Source: Acidobacteriota bacterium (GTDB lineage: Bacteria > Acidobacteriota > UBA6911). Taken from it: a DNA stretch of 64,000 nt. How positions within the stretch are numbered: position 1 is the first letter of the stretch; each line of letters starts with the position of its first letter. A program made the translations under genes and the position numbers. The stretch is taken from the NCBI GenBank assembly GCA_963664705.1, contig OY761556.1:1344001-1408000 (forward strand). Reading direction: 5' to 3'. Under the pieces are notes generated by a model that was not told the DNA's origin, made no database searches, and saw only the letters and a list, made by a program, of their open reading frames with translations. Shown in pieces: positions 10,195 through 21,177 of the stretch.

Positions 10195-11040
10195 ATGAAG
10201 AAATCGTTTTGGAATCTGCTTGCTCTCCTGTGCGCCTTCGGATGCATTTTCATCGCCACCTCGACTTTCGCCCAGGATTGCGAAGGTTGCAAGGATCCGG
10301 CGCTGTTCAGCCGCATGCCCGGTTTTCATATTTACAATTCGACCAATCTTGAATTTGATCGCATCGAGTTCTGGGTGAGTGCCGGCAAAAAGCAAGCCGT
10401 GGAGGGGCGATATTTTTACTATGATTATTATGCGAATGAAGGGATTAAGCAGCCAAGCGGATTGCAGGTCGCTCGAAATTACACGAATGCCGTCAAAGCT
10501 ATTGGCGGGACGGTAGTCTACGAGTACGAGGATGGTGGCACGCAGTGCGCGGTAATGAAAGTCGTCAAGGACGGGAAGGAAGTCTGGTCGAATGTCGAAG
10601 CAGCAGGCAATGGGATGTACAAGCTGTACATCGTCGAAAAGCAGGCTATGGATCAGGCCGTGGTGGCGGATGCTAAATCTCTTGCGGGGAGTATCAACAC
10701 GACAGGGAAGGCGGCTGTTTACGGCATTTACTTCGATACCAACAAGGCGCTCATTAAGCCCGAATCGGAACCCGCGATTGCGCAAATCGCAAAAATGCTC
10801 CAGGCCGATTCTGCTCTTAAGATCTTTGTAGTTGGCCATACAGATAACGTCGGGGCGTTTGATTACAATGTCAAACTGGCCCAGGATCGTGCCGCGAGTG
10901 TCATTGCAGCCTTGACGAAGATGGGAATCGCGGCTGCGAGAATGACTCCTTTTGGCGCAGGTCCCACTTCTCCCGTTGCTTCCAACAAAGCGGAAGAAGG
11001 ACGCGCCAAGAACCGCCGTGTGGAACTCGTGGCACAGTAA
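10195..11040 (+). CDS. OmpA-family peptidoglycan-binding exported protein
   Basis: Signal peptide; IYFDT, VVGHTDNVG, N..LAQDRA, GRAKNRRVELV. Confidence 0.92.
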   Translation: MKKSFWNLLALLCAFGCIFIATSTFAQDCEGCKDPALFSRMPGFHIYNSTNLEFDRIEFWVSAGKKQAVEGRYFYYDYYANEGIKQPSGLQVARNYTNAVKAIGGTVVYEYEDGGTQCAVMKVVKDGKEVWSNVEAAGNGMYKLYIVEKQAMDQAVVADAKSLAGSINTTGKAAVYGIYFDTNKALIKPESEPAIAQIAKMLQADSALKIFVVGHTDNVGAFDYNVKLAQDRAASVIAALTKMGIAAARMTPFGAGPTSPVASNKAEEGRAKNRRVELVAQ

Positions 11041-11526
11041 CAGTCATTAGTTTCAGTTTTCGTTATATTCAAAGTCTTTGTTCCTACTGGCTCGATGGGT
11101 CTGGTTGCACAGGTACTTCCGTTCGCCAACCCCCTAAGCTTACAGACGTGGAAGTACTGGTAGGGTCAATGAACAATGTGCATATCCCATGCATTGTTAT
11201 TGTGCGCAGGAAACTTGATCCAGGTCTTGGTTTCTATCCGTAAGAATTACAGACAGGTGTCGGCTGGAGAATGCATCGGACGCCGGCGGATGTAAGACAT
11301 GCGCATCGACATCGTTTCCAGCATCTTTCAAACCAGGTAACAAATATTGCCAGGTAATGGTCAACCTGGTAATAAATAATACCGGGATGCTCAAGGGCGG
11401 CAAGTAAAAATACAATCCATTTCGCAGTTGGCTGCCTTTGTGTCGGTGCCTTTTATCGTCTATATTGTTTCTCCCGCAGCCTAAGGAATTGTTCATTGCA
11501 ATGGGGTTGCTCCCAACGCAAAAACC

Positions 11527-12360
11527 GTGGAGACAAATATGCTCGTTCCCGTGAAAGGTGCCGACCTTTACTGTTCCATGCGTGGCAAAGGGCCCGTATG
11601 TTTGGTATTAAGCAATATCGGTACGCCCCCCTACGAATTTCAGATGCCTGCCTCTTTGTGTGATCACCTTACGCTCGTGTTCGTTGCTTTGCGGGGAAGT
11701 GGAGAGTCCACCGGCGAATTTTCGGACCTCACTTTCGACGTTCTCGCCAGCGATCTGGAGGCCATTCGAAAGCATATCGGAGCGGACCGGGTCTCAGTCC
11801 TGGGCCATTCAATCCTCGGGGTGCTGGCGATCGAATATGGCAGACGTTGTCCGGCGGAGGTTTCGCACGTGATAACGGTAGGGACACCGCCCAAGGCGGA
11901 TATGAGCTGGTTGTCGGCACAATCATGGGCCTATTTCCAAGAGCATGCGCCTGAAGAGCGAAAAAAATTGCTTAGCGAGAATATGTCAAAACTCAGCCCG
12001 GACACGGAGATGTCTCGAGCGATCCTGGCCCAGACGCCCATGCGTTTTTTCAATGCGCAATTTGATGCCTGGCCAACTTTGGCGAATGCCATTGTAAGGC
12101 CCCAGATCTTTCCACATCTGCTAGGGCCTCTCACTGCAGGCTGGGATGTAACGGTCGATTCGGACTCGTTGCGCGCGCCGATATTCATTGGCCAGGGCTT
12201 GCACGATTACGTATCCCCCCACATCCTGTGGGATGGCGTTGTACCATCCCTGCCAACCGCCACGCTGCAGGTTTTTGAACGCAGCGGACATCAGCCGTTC
12301 TTTGAGGAACCGGACTGCTTTACCGAATCGGTTCTGGCCTGGATGAACCGGCATCCATAA
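11527..12360 (+). CDS. Alpha/beta hydrolase (proline iminopeptidase-like)
   Basis: LRGSGES, LGHSILG nucleophile elbow, FERSGHQPFFEEP. Confidence 0.85.
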   Translation: METNMLVPVKGADLYCSMRGKGPVCLVLSNIGTPPYEFQMPASLCDHLTLVFVALRGSGESTGEFSDLTFDVLASDLEAIRKHIGADRVSVLGHSILGVLAIEYGRRCPAEVSHVITVGTPPKADMSWLSAQSWAYFQEHAPEERKKLLSENMSKLSPDTEMSRAILAQTPMRFFNAQFDAWPTLANAIVRPQIFPHLLGPLTAGWDVTVDSDSLRAPIFIGQGLHDYVSPHILWDGVVPSLPTATLQVFERSGHQPFFEEPDCFTESVLAWMNRHP

Positions 12361-12909
12361 TTCCAAAATATACGGTGTCTTTCCTGATCTTTCTATGTGG
12401 CAATCACAATGGGGAGGAGTCGCGAATTACGGGGAGGTTGTTGGTTATCGGAATCCATTTGATTGCAAGAAACAGATTTCCCTCGAGACCCTTATATCCA
12501 TTTTTTGCCAATTCTCCCGATTGATACAGTTCCAGAATGCGGTTATCCGTTTCATTGGCCGGCTGAGGGGCTATTTTGGCGGTCTGGGCCAGGCGGCCAA
12601 CGAGATCGATGATTCCATGCTCCAGGGAACTCTGATCGGAATGTTCTCGCTTTTCACCTGGAAGCTGCAAATTCCTAAGCGCCTCCTGTATCATTCCTGA
12701 GATGGAGACCCCTTGGGGCGAGGCCAATAGCATGGCATTGATGAGTTCACTCAGGTCCTGAAGATTTGCCAATCCCATAAAAATCCTCATTATTGGAAGC
12801 GGGATCCTTCCGGATCGCCTCCCCGCGAGGGAAGCGCGGCATTCGTGAAATTCGTGGCAGATTTGCAGCTTCGCTTCCGCCACGAATTCCTTAAATCCAG
12901 CGCTCCCGC

Positions 12910-15900
12910 CTACTCCCCGAAATCGGCCGGCGTGCCGCTCTCATCATAGAAGCCGATCGATGCGTTCGCCGGCGCCCCGGCGCTGAGAAGAATAATCTCC
13001 GTCGTATACCCGCCGCCGGAAGCAATCTGCGGAAACACCACCGGCTCCGGTGCCGGTCTGTTAACATCGGCGACCGGGAAGGTCGTCATCAACGGATCGC
13101 TCCGCTCATTCTTCAAAGAGCGCACCGTCAGCGCAACAAACTGCGCCGTCGAACTGACATCCAGAATCCCGGTAAACCCGGCCGGCAACCCGGCCACGAA
13201 TTCATCGGCAAACGCGGCAATGTGGCCATTGGCCGGCAGCGGCTCCAGCGGCTTGCCCGTTCCAACCGGCGTCGTTCCATCTTCGCCATAGGCGCTGATC
13301 GCAACGGTGGCCGTTCCCCCGGATACATTTACCAGTGCCAGCCCCGTGTTGTGATTGTCCGAAAGATCGACGTACACGCGAGCATGGGTCGTCGCGGAGG
13401 CAACCGGCACGCCCGATTCCGAAACCAAAATCCCCTCGGTGTTGTATCCGAACACGCCCGAACTGACCGGGGCCGCGTTCATAAAGTTCGGAGTCAACTG
13501 AACCCATCCCACCTTCGTGGCCGCCGGAGATCCATCGGTCTGGAACCGGAATACTCCGTTGGCAGGAATTGCATAGGCAAACGAGGAATCGGACGCGCCC
13601 CCCGCCTGGCTGACCACCAGCGGCTGTCCTTTATTATCCCAGATCCGCAGTGTCCCCCGCTCTATTCCTCCCGTCGTATTGATCAGGAGCAGAGAGGTGG
13701 TATACCCGCCCCCATCCGCCAGCTGCGGGAAATATACCGGCCCGTTTTCAGGATTGCCGGTCAGATCCGCGACCGACGTGGTTGTAATCAGGAATTCATT
13801 CCGCTGATTCATGGTGCCGCGCACGGCTAGAACAGACAGCGGTTCCGTGCTCGTAATATCGAGCGACCCGAACTGGATCGAGGTCCTGAAATTCGCAGGC
13901 AGGCCGAAATCGGGAACCCCTTTGTCCTTGAGCTGGTCCACGAAACACGCGAGATGCCGGCCGGGATCAATGGTTCCATGCCCCGTCGTGAGCGTGGCGC
14001 CGGCCGCATCGCGCAGGGTATAGGTGACGACAGCGGCGGCCGTTCCCTGGTTGACCAGGGCGATGCCCGTGTTTATGTCGACCGTCCCGGATTCACTGTG
14101 GGCCGGCACCGGCGGAACCCCGGTACGATAGTCGATAAATACCCGCGCATTGGTTGTGGGCGGCGATGCCGGAACCCCAACCTCGCTGACCGTGATGCCG
14201 TCCTTCTTGTAGCTGAACACCGCGGTGCCGTAGGGCGTCGTGCCGCTGTTGACGCTCAGACTGACATACCCGACCTTGAGATCGTCGCCCGCGCCGTTGA
14301 CCTTTTGCGTTACCGCGCCGCCCGATGTCAAATCCAGGCTATGGCTGCCAAGCGTCGCAAACTCCGCTACCACTGCTCGAGGTTTGGACATGATCAGTTC
14401 CTGCGGATTTGCGGTCCCGGTCAGATCACCACTCCAGCCGCTGAAGGAATGCCCTGGGCTGGCGGTGGCCAGTACCCGTACCGGCGTCCCAACATCATAG
14501 AAGCCGTCCGCTGCCGCCGGATTCATTGTAATGGTTCCTCCAGCGGCCGGCGACTGGCTTGTGCCCAGGCGATACTGCGTCCCAAAGGCAGCGGTATAGG
14601 TTGTGGCGCTCGACGGCGCCGTGATGATGTGAGATTCCGCGCCTCCATCGCTCCATCCGCCAAACACATAGCGCGTGTCCCCATCCACCTGGCGCGTGGC
14701 GGTCGAAATCCCATGAACGCTGCCGGCCACCCACGTAAAAATCTGCGTCGAGGAGTAGGCCACTCCATCCACCGTGAAATTGCGCCCGGCGGGGTCGGTC
14801 ATGATCGTAATCCCTGTCGCCGCGGAAAAATTTGCCGTCACGCTCCTCGCCGCAATAATGCCCACGGAAACCGGGTTGATGGACCCGCTCACATCTCCGC
14901 TCCAGCCCCAGAAGATATAGCCCGAGTTGGCTATCGCGGACAGCTGCACCGTCGTGCCGCTGTCGTAAAATCCATCGAGAGAGGAGGGCGTGACCGTGAT
15001 ACCTCCCGCCGTGCCGGGTGAAGCGATCGCGGTCAACTGGTACTGCGTCTTGAAAGAGGCCGTATAGGAAGTTGCACTTCCCGGCGTGGTAATCGAGTGG
15101 CTGGCGGCGCCGCTGTCACTCCAACCCGTAAAAACCTGCCGCGCGCCCCCTTGAGCCTGCGGGGTGGAGACGGCAATCGTGTGTGAACTTCCCACCGCCC
15201 AGGAAAAAGTTTGTGGAGCCGTGTAGGTCGTGCCGTCTGCCGTGAAATGAAGGCCGGCGGGATTGGTGGTGAGGGTGATCGAGGATACCGCCTGGATTGT
15301 GTAGGTCTGGCTCACCGTCACCGCCCGGTAGGCATACCGGAGCGGATACGAATACGGCACCAGGCCGCTCGCCGGAGGACCAAGAGATACCGCGATCGTC
15401 CCGGTCGGCGGACTCAGGGGAATGTTCAGTTGCGTGCTGGTGAATGGCAACGTGACATCTATGTGATCCAGCACCGCGGGGTTCTGCCCATTGATGTTGA
15501 TGACAATGGTTCCCGCCGCGATATTGGTCGATGCATCCAGGCTTGCCGTGACGCCGGTCGAAGGACCCAGGACGATCGATTGCCCCGGGTCGAGCTTCAG
15601 CCCGGTCGGAATGCCATCGACATGCATAATCAGTTGAGTCGGAAACCCGGCGTTGGTCGCGAAGGCATAGGCAAATGCTTCGTCAATCCGTATCGTGGTT
15701 GTGGCGGTAGCCGCAGCCCCATCCTGGTGAAAGACAATCGCACCTCCCGGCGTGACGACCAGCGGCTCCGTTGCCACCGCCACAGGAGTTGTGTTTGCCA
15801 CGATGGTCCCTACTCCCGTGCTGCAGGTTGTTGTTTGGCTGACCACTTGGCCAATTGCGGGGCTGAGCGCTGCCATGTTGAGCCGCACTCCCGTTACGCG

Positions 15901-16305
15901 GATAAATTGCGTGGACGGGATCGTGACTAAAGGCGCTCCGGAAAAAGCGAGGGCAAACGAACTGGTTACGAGATTCAGTCCGACCGACACATTTCCCGCA
16001 CCGCAGGATTTGGGTGTTCCGAAATCGGCACTGGTGATCGGGTTGCCGCTATTGCAGCCCATGACGTAGACCCCGATGTCGGCTACGGCGGAAATAGGAG
16101 CCGCATAGGTAAAGGTAATGGATTCGCCCGGTGGAATAGTTCCGGTGATCACGGGGACCAGGTCGACTTCTCCCGCCAGCCCCATTTGGGCATTTGGAGC
16201 CATTGGCACTACGACGAAAGCCGTGATCATGCTTGTCTGGCCAAAGCCGGCGGAGGCGATAGCCAAGATCAGGAATAATGCTGAAGGAAGCATTTGAATT
16301 TTCAC
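12910..16305 (-). CDS. Large secreted protein with InlB-B-like/bacterial repeat modules and C-terminal duplicated FPQ(L/I)A.GGGYTT beta domains
   Basis: GAGGAG RBS before GTG 16305; signal peptide; F.GWSGD repeat modules; paralog of 16625-18610. Confidence 0.8.
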   Translation of the reverse strand: MKIQMLPSALFLILAIASAGFGQTSMITAFVVVPMAPNAQMGLAGEVDLVPVITGTIPPGESITFTYAAPISAVADIGVYVMGCNSGNPITSADFGTPKSCGAGNVSVGLNLVTSSFALAFSGAPLVTIPSTQFIRVTGVRLNMAALSPAIGQVVSQTTTCSTGVGTIVANTTPVAVATEPLVVTPGGAIVFHQDGAAATATTTIRIDEAFAYAFATNAGFPTQLIMHVDGIPTGLKLDPGQSIVLGPSTGVTASLDASTNIAAGTIVININGQNPAVLDHIDVTLPFTSTQLNIPLSPPTGTIAVSLGPPASGLVPYSYPLRYAYRAVTVSQTYTIQAVSSITLTTNPAGLHFTADGTTYTAPQTFSWAVGSSHTIAVSTPQAQGGARQVFTGWSDSGAASHSITTPGSATSYTASFKTQYQLTAIASPGTAGGITVTPSSLDGFYDSGTTVQLSAIANSGYIFWGWSGDVSGSINPVSVGIIAARSVTANFSAATGITIMTDPAGRNFTVDGVAYSSTQIFTWVAGSVHGISTATRQVDGDTRYVFGGWSDGGAESHIITAPSSATTYTAAFGTQYRLGTSQSPAAGGTITMNPAAADGFYDVGTPVRVLATASPGHSFSGWSGDLTGTANPQELIMSKPRAVVAEFATLGSHSLDLTSGGAVTQKVNGAGDDLKVGYVSLSVNSGTTPYGTAVFSYKKDGITVSEVGVPASPPTTNARVFIDYRTGVPPVPAHSESGTVDINTGIALVNQGTAAAVVTYTLRDAAGATLTTGHGTIDPGRHLACFVDQLKDKGVPDFGLPANFRTSIQFGSLDITSTEPLSVLAVRGTMNQRNEFLITTTSVADLTGNPENGPVYFPQLADGGGYTTSLLLINTTGGIERGTLRIWDNKGQPLVVSQAGGASDSSFAYAIPANGVFRFQTDGSPAATKVGWVQLTPNFMNAAPVSSGVFGYNTEGILVSESGVPVASATTHARVYVDLSDNHNTGLALVNVSGGTATVAISAYGEDGTTPVGTGKPLEPLPANGHIAAFADEFVAGLPAGFTGILDVSSTAQFVALTVRSLKNERSDPLMTTFPVADVNRPAPEPVVFPQIASGGGYTTEIILLSAGAPANASIGFYDESGTPADFGE

Positions 16306-16387
16306 GGTAAATTCTCCTCTAAGCACTATCTCTTGATACGATTTACGCCCGAAATCAATGTCAAATAATCCCAGGAATTAATAGAAA

Positions 16388-16515
16388 TGTGGGAAATGTG
16401 GACACCCACGATCCGAGGTTTGTTGCCAAATCGGCGGGCGCCCGGATTCGCCCCTCCAGTTTTCCAGTGGCGCTAAGTCGGTGGGTGTCCAGAATTACAG
16501 TGGGTGTCCACATTT
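16388..16515. repeat. GTGGACACCCAC / GTGGGTGTCCA inverted-repeat (REP-like) element
   Basis: aaatgtggacacccac...gtgggtgtccagaatt...gtgggtgtccacattt; the same motif recurs at 18932-19095. Confidence 0.7.
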
Positions 16516-16624
16516 CTGGTCCACATTTCTGGGAGGGAAGCGCGGCATTCGTGAAATTCGTGGAATTCGTGGCAGATTTGCAGCTTCGCTTCTGCCACAA
16601 ATTCCCTAAATCCAACGCTTCCGC

Positions 16625-18610
16625 CTACTCCCCGAAATCGGTCGGCGTGCCGTTCTCGTCATAGAAGCGGATGGTTGCGTTCGCCGCCGCCCCGGCACTG
16701 AGGAGAATAATCTCGGTCGTATACCCGCTGCCGGAAGCAATCTGCGGAAATATCACCGGCTCCGGTGCCGGCCTGTTCGCATCGGCGACCGGGAAGGTCG
16801 TCATCAACGGATCGTTCCGCTCATTTTTCAAAGAGCGCACCGTCAGCGCAACAAAATGCGCCGCCGAACTGACATCCAGTATTCCGGTAAACCCGGCCGG
16901 CAACCCGGCCACGAATTCATCGGCAAACGCGGCAATGTGGCCATTGACCGGCATCGGCTCCAGCGGCTTGCTCGTTCCAACCGGAGTCGTCCCGTTTTTG
17001 CCGTAAGCGCGGACCGTAATCGATGCTGTCGTTCCGGACACATTCACCAAAGCCAACCCGGTATTGTGATTGTCCGAAAGATCCACATATATGCGGGCGT
17101 GCGTCGTCGCCGCGGCAACAGGAACGCCCGATTCCGAAACCAGGACGCCTTCGGTGTTGTATCCGAACACGCCTGAACTGACCGGGGTCGCGTTCACAAA
17201 ATCAGGCGTCAACTGGACCCATCCCACTTTCGTGGTTGCCGGAGATCCATCGGTCTGGAACCGGAATACGCCGTTGGCAGGAATTGCATAGGCAAACGAG
17301 GAATCGGTGGCGCCCCCCGCCTGGCTGACCACCAGCGGCTGTCCTTTATTATCCCAGATCCGCAGGGTCCCCCGCTCTATTCCTCCCGTAGTATTGATCA
17401 GGAGCAGAGAGGTGGTATACCCGCCTCCATCTGCCAGCTGCGGGAAATATACCGGTCCGGTTTCAGGATTGCCGGTCAGATCCGCAACCGGCGTGGTGGT
17501 AATCAGGAATTCATTCCTCTGATTCATGGTGCCGCGCACGGCCAGAACCGACAGCGGTTCCGTGCTCGTGATATCGAGCGACCCAAACTGGATCGCCGTC
17601 TTGAAATTCGAAGGGAGCACAAAATCGGTCGCACTCTTCTCCTTGAGCTGGTCGATGAAACACGCGAGATGCTTGCCGGGATCGAGGGCCCCGTGGCCGA
17701 TCGCAAGCGTGCTGCCGGACGCATCGCGCAGCGTGTACGTGACTATGGCTGCAGACACTCCCGGATTGACCAGGGCAATTCCCGTGTTTATGTCGACCGT
17801 TCCGAATTCGCCGTGGGCCGGCACCGCTGCAACACCCGTGCGATAGTCGATGAAAATACGCGCCCCGGTCGTGGGCGGGGATGCCGGCACTCCCACCTCA
17901 CTGACGGTAATGCCATCCTTTTTATAGCTGAACACCGCGGTGCCATAAGGCGCAGGGCCGCTGTTGACGCTCAGGTTTACATATCCGACCTTGAGATCGT
18001 CCCCCGCGTTGTCTGTCTTTTGCGTGGCCACACCGCTTGATGGCAGAACCAGATTATGGCTGCCGAGAGTCGCAAATTCCGCGGTTACTGCCCGTGGCTG
18101 CGACATGATCAGTTCCTGCGGATTCTCTATCCCCGTCAGAGCGCCGCTCCAGCCGCTGAAAGAATGCCCCGGGTTGGCCGTGGCCAGTACCTGTACGGGC
18201 GTCCCAACATCATAGAAGCCGTCCGCTGCCGCCGGATTCATTGTAATGGTCCCTCCCGTGGTCGGAGACTGGCTCCTGCTCAGGTGGTACTGGGTCCCAT
18301 AGTTGGCCGTATAGGTTGTCTCACTGGCGGGAGCCCCGATGATGTGCGAACCAAAGCCCGCATCGCTCCAATTGGCAAACACATAACGCGTTTCTCCATC
18401 CTCCTGAATCGCGGCGGCCGAGATCCCATGGATGCTGCCGACAACCCAGCTAAAGGTATGCGGCGCAGTGTAGGTGGTTCCATCGGCGGTGATGTGAAGG
18501 CCGGCGGGATTGGTGCTGATGGTGATCGATACCATATCCGCCTGGCCAAAGCCGACGGAGGCGATAACCAACATTAGGATGAATGCGGTCAAAAGTGTTT
18601 GAACTTTCAT
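16625..18610 (-). CDS. Secreted repeat protein, shorter tandem paralog of 12910-16305
   Basis: Same RBS context and signal peptide style; near-identical C-terminal about 600 aa. Confidence 0.85.
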   Translation of the reverse strand: MKVQTLLTAFILMLVIASVGFGQADMVSITISTNPAGLHITADGTTYTAPHTFSWVVGSIHGISAAAIQEDGETRYVFANWSDAGFGSHIIGAPASETTYTANYGTQYHLSRSQSPTTGGTITMNPAAADGFYDVGTPVQVLATANPGHSFSGWSGALTGIENPQELIMSQPRAVTAEFATLGSHNLVLPSSGVATQKTDNAGDDLKVGYVNLSVNSGPAPYGTAVFSYKKDGITVSEVGVPASPPTTGARIFIDYRTGVAAVPAHGEFGTVDINTGIALVNPGVSAAIVTYTLRDASGSTLAIGHGALDPGKHLACFIDQLKEKSATDFVLPSNFKTAIQFGSLDITSTEPLSVLAVRGTMNQRNEFLITTTPVADLTGNPETGPVYFPQLADGGGYTTSLLLINTTGGIERGTLRIWDNKGQPLVVSQAGGATDSSFAYAIPANGVFRFQTDGSPATTKVGWVQLTPDFVNATPVSSGVFGYNTEGVLVSESGVPVAAATTHARIYVDLSDNHNTGLALVNVSGTTASITVRAYGKNGTTPVGTSKPLEPMPVNGHIAAFADEFVAGLPAGFTGILDVSSAAHFVALTVRSLKNERNDPLMTTFPVADANRPAPEPVIFPQIASGSGYTTEIILLSAGAAANATIRFYDENGTPTDFGE

Positions 18611-18715
18611 AATAAGTTCTCCTCTCAGTGCTGCCTATCTATGTATATATGTGATCTGAATCTAAACAACCACAGGAAATAATAGCTTCGATCTGTTGAT
18701 CGGTGTTAGGAAAAA

Positions 18716-18995
18716 TTGGGACGTTTGGACGTTGGACGATGGGACGATGGGACGTTGGACGTTGGACGTTGGACGATGGGACGATGGGACGTTGGACGTT
18801 GGGACGTTGGACGTTGGACGATGGGACGTTGGACGTTGGACGTTGGACGTTGGGACGTTGGGACGATGGACGTTGGCCGATGGGACGATGGGACGATGGG
18901 ACGTTGGGACGTTGGACGTTGGACGATGTAGAAATGTGGACACCCACCCATTGGACGTTGGACGATGGGACGTTGGACGTTGGACGTTGGACGTT
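18716..18995 (+). repeat. ACGT-core 7-8-nt repeat cluster, G-rich arm (TTGGACG/TGGGACG)
   Basis: Dozens of degenerate tandem units. Confidence 0.95.
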
Positions 18996-19100
18996 TGGAA
19001 ATGTGGACACCCACCAAAAATATGGACACCCACGGTCTGCCACGGTCTGACCCACGGTCTGAGTTTTGTCGCTAAATCGGTGGGTGTCCAGAATTGACGA

Positions 19101-19886
19101 TTACACGTCCGCGAGGGTCAGGGGAACCGGCGCCTTTCCGTCAATATCCCGAAAACCGTAATCCCTGGCGACCTGGGCTGCGATCAGCACCCGTCCCGTT
19201 TTTTCCATGATCCCGGGATCCGAGGCGAGAGCAGCAACCGCCCGCCCCACGAACTGCGTCGATTCGGAGTTGCTGAGATCCAGCCATGCGGCCGATTGCA
19301 TAACCTTTTCGGTGCGCACAAGCCCCGGATACAACGACACCACCGCCACCCGATGGTCGCGCAGTTCGTGCGCCATGTCGGAGGTCATCTTGTCCGTGGC
19401 CGCCTTGGCCACCCCGTAGGCCGTATTGCCGATATATTTCTGCGCCGCCCAGAAGGAGATGTTGACGATCAGCCCACTCGCCTGGCGCACCATCCACGGA
19501 GCCGCCAGCTGGGCGGCCACATAGGCCGACCGCACCCCGGCCTGGAACATCGCATCCCACCGCCCGATCGGCTGCTGCCAGAACGGACGCGGCCAGGTGA
19601 ACTCGCCACCCTCCATCATGTTTTCATAGCCGCCCCAGGCATTGTTCACCAGAATGTCCAGCCGCCCGTGCCGGCCCGTGATCCGGTCAAACAGCGAGCG
19701 GACCTGCGCATCCTCCCGGTGATCGCAGCGAATGGCCGTCCCATGGCCATCGACGCTTCCGTCTTCCAGCGACCGGCCCGTGAAATAAACCGTGGCGCCC
19801 GCGCTGAAGAGCTCCTGCGCAATCCCTTTGCCCACGCCATAGCTGCCGCCCGTTACCAGGGCAACCTTTCCATCCAGACTCATCAT
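19101..19886 (-). CDS. SDR family oxidoreductase
   Basis: GKVALVTGGSYGVG, LVNNA, YGVAK; GGAG RBS before MMSLDG. Confidence 0.92.
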   Translation of the reverse strand: MMSLDGKVALVTGGSYGVGKGIAQELFSAGATVYFTGRSLEDGSVDGHGTAIRCDHREDAQVRSLFDRITGRHGRLDILVNNAWGGYENMMEGGEFTWPRPFWQQPIGRWDAMFQAGVRSAYVAAQLAAPWMVRQASGLIVNISFWAAQKYIGNTAYGVAKAATDKMTSDMAHELRDHRVAVVSLYPGLVRTEKVMQSAAWLDLSNSESTQFVGRAVAALASDPGIMEKTGRVLIAAQVARDYGFRDIDGKAPVPLTLADV

Positions 19887-19948
19887 GTCTCCAATCCTCG
19901 CCGGGCCTGTTGCTGCGCTCGCGTCGCAGCGCTCCCGGTCACGCGCTT

Positions 19949-20998
19949 TTATTTCAACTGCCGGGAAAAGAAGGTCAAGAGGTTGCTCTGAAAACGCGCC
20001 GCCACGCGATTCCCATGATCCCCTTCGTACTGTTCGAACACATGCGCAATTCCAAGGCTCGTGAGTTCCTTGTCCAGTTCGATATTCGTCGATTTGAGCG
20101 TGTCCTTGTCTCCGACATCCATTACGATGGCCCGGTATTGCTTCAGGTTCGGCACATATTGACTGACCATCGCCAGCGGCGAGTTGGCCACCCATTTGGC
20201 GGCAATCAGCGGCTGAACCTGGCCGTCCTTTGTCGGCATATCAAAATATTTGGGAGGATTCGCGGGATTCGGCGACCACGCCGCGGCCTGCGCCGACATC
20301 ACGTTGGCAAATGCGCCCGCCATGCGCTTTTCTTCCGCCGACGGTGCCTTGGCGCTGTTTCCCTGCGCCGGAGCCGGCGGCGGCAGCGCCGGGTTATTCA
20401 TTAGACAGCACGAACTCATCGCATATAAGGCCGAAAACACCTCCGGATGTTTCATCCCCACGCGAATAGTGCCGTACCCGCCCATGGAATGCCCCGACAG
20501 CCCGCGACTGTTGCGGTCGGCAACGGTCCGGTAATGGCTGTCGATATAGGCGACGAGATCGTGCGACAGGAAGCCTTCCCAATTCCCGGTAGTCGGCGAA
20601 TTGGAATACATGCTGCCACTGTAAATGGTGTACGCATCGGGCAGAACCAGGATCATCTCCCGCGCCCCCGCCGCAATGGCATTGTCGGCCATATCCGGGA
20701 GATTCAGCATCTTTACGTAGGCATCCACCCCCACCGAATAGCCGTGGAGAAAGTAGACCGTGGGGAAGCGCCGCTTGGCTTCCTTGGCATAGCTCGGCGG
20801 CAGGTAAACCACGACGTCCCGGTCCGGACTGTCTCCTTCCAGGTTGCCCTCCAGCGCAACTCCGTGCACCTTGATTCGCTCAATACTGCCTTTACCAACA
20901 GTGCCGGCTCCCGGCTGCGTCTGTGCCGCGAGAGCTCCGGCAAAAAGTACGAGGAACAACAGCCAGATGGGAAGGGAACACAAACGAAATAGTTTCAT
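19949..20998 (-). CDS. Secreted esterase (alpha/beta hydrolase, Fes/FrmB-like)
   Basis: Signal peptide; VYLPPSY, YFLHG, GHSMGG, DVGDKD, EGDH. Confidence 0.88.
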   Translation of the reverse strand: MKLFRLCSLPIWLLFLVLFAGALAAQTQPGAGTVGKGSIERIKVHGVALEGNLEGDSPDRDVVVYLPPSYAKEAKRRFPTVYFLHGYSVGVDAYVKMLNLPDMADNAIAAGAREMILVLPDAYTIYSGSMYSNSPTTGNWEGFLSHDLVAYIDSHYRTVADRNSRGLSGHSMGGYGTIRVGMKHPEVFSALYAMSSCCLMNNPALPPPAPAQGNSAKAPSAEEKRMAGAFANVMSAQAAAWSPNPANPPKYFDMPTKDGQVQPLIAAKWVANSPLAMVSQYVPNLKQYRAIVMDVGDKDTLKSTNIELDKELTSLGIAHVFEQYEGDHGNRVAARFQSNLLTFFSRQLK

Positions 20999-21177
20999 GA
21001 TCGACTCCATGCTTATCATTTTTGATTTTCATGACCGGGCGCGCCGACGCTCCCGATGACACTATATTCGTGTAAGTCGGGGCAAATTTACAGCATTTTG
21101 CTGGAGATGGAGACGGTTTGCCTTTACTATATCGCCATTGAAATAGTTCACCCCAACATTCCAAAGAGGGAAGAATA

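Noticed and set aside
11197-12883. ORFs 11197-11496 and 12404-12883
   Set aside because: No recognisable motif or RBS; the latter begins inside a duplicated repeat, so coding status cannot be supported
18639-19097. Low-complexity ORFs (QRPTSNV / GRWTLDV), also at 23357-23655, 28665-28943 and 32189-32443
   Set aside because: Translations of the heptamer repeats, open in several frames, with no RBS or domain
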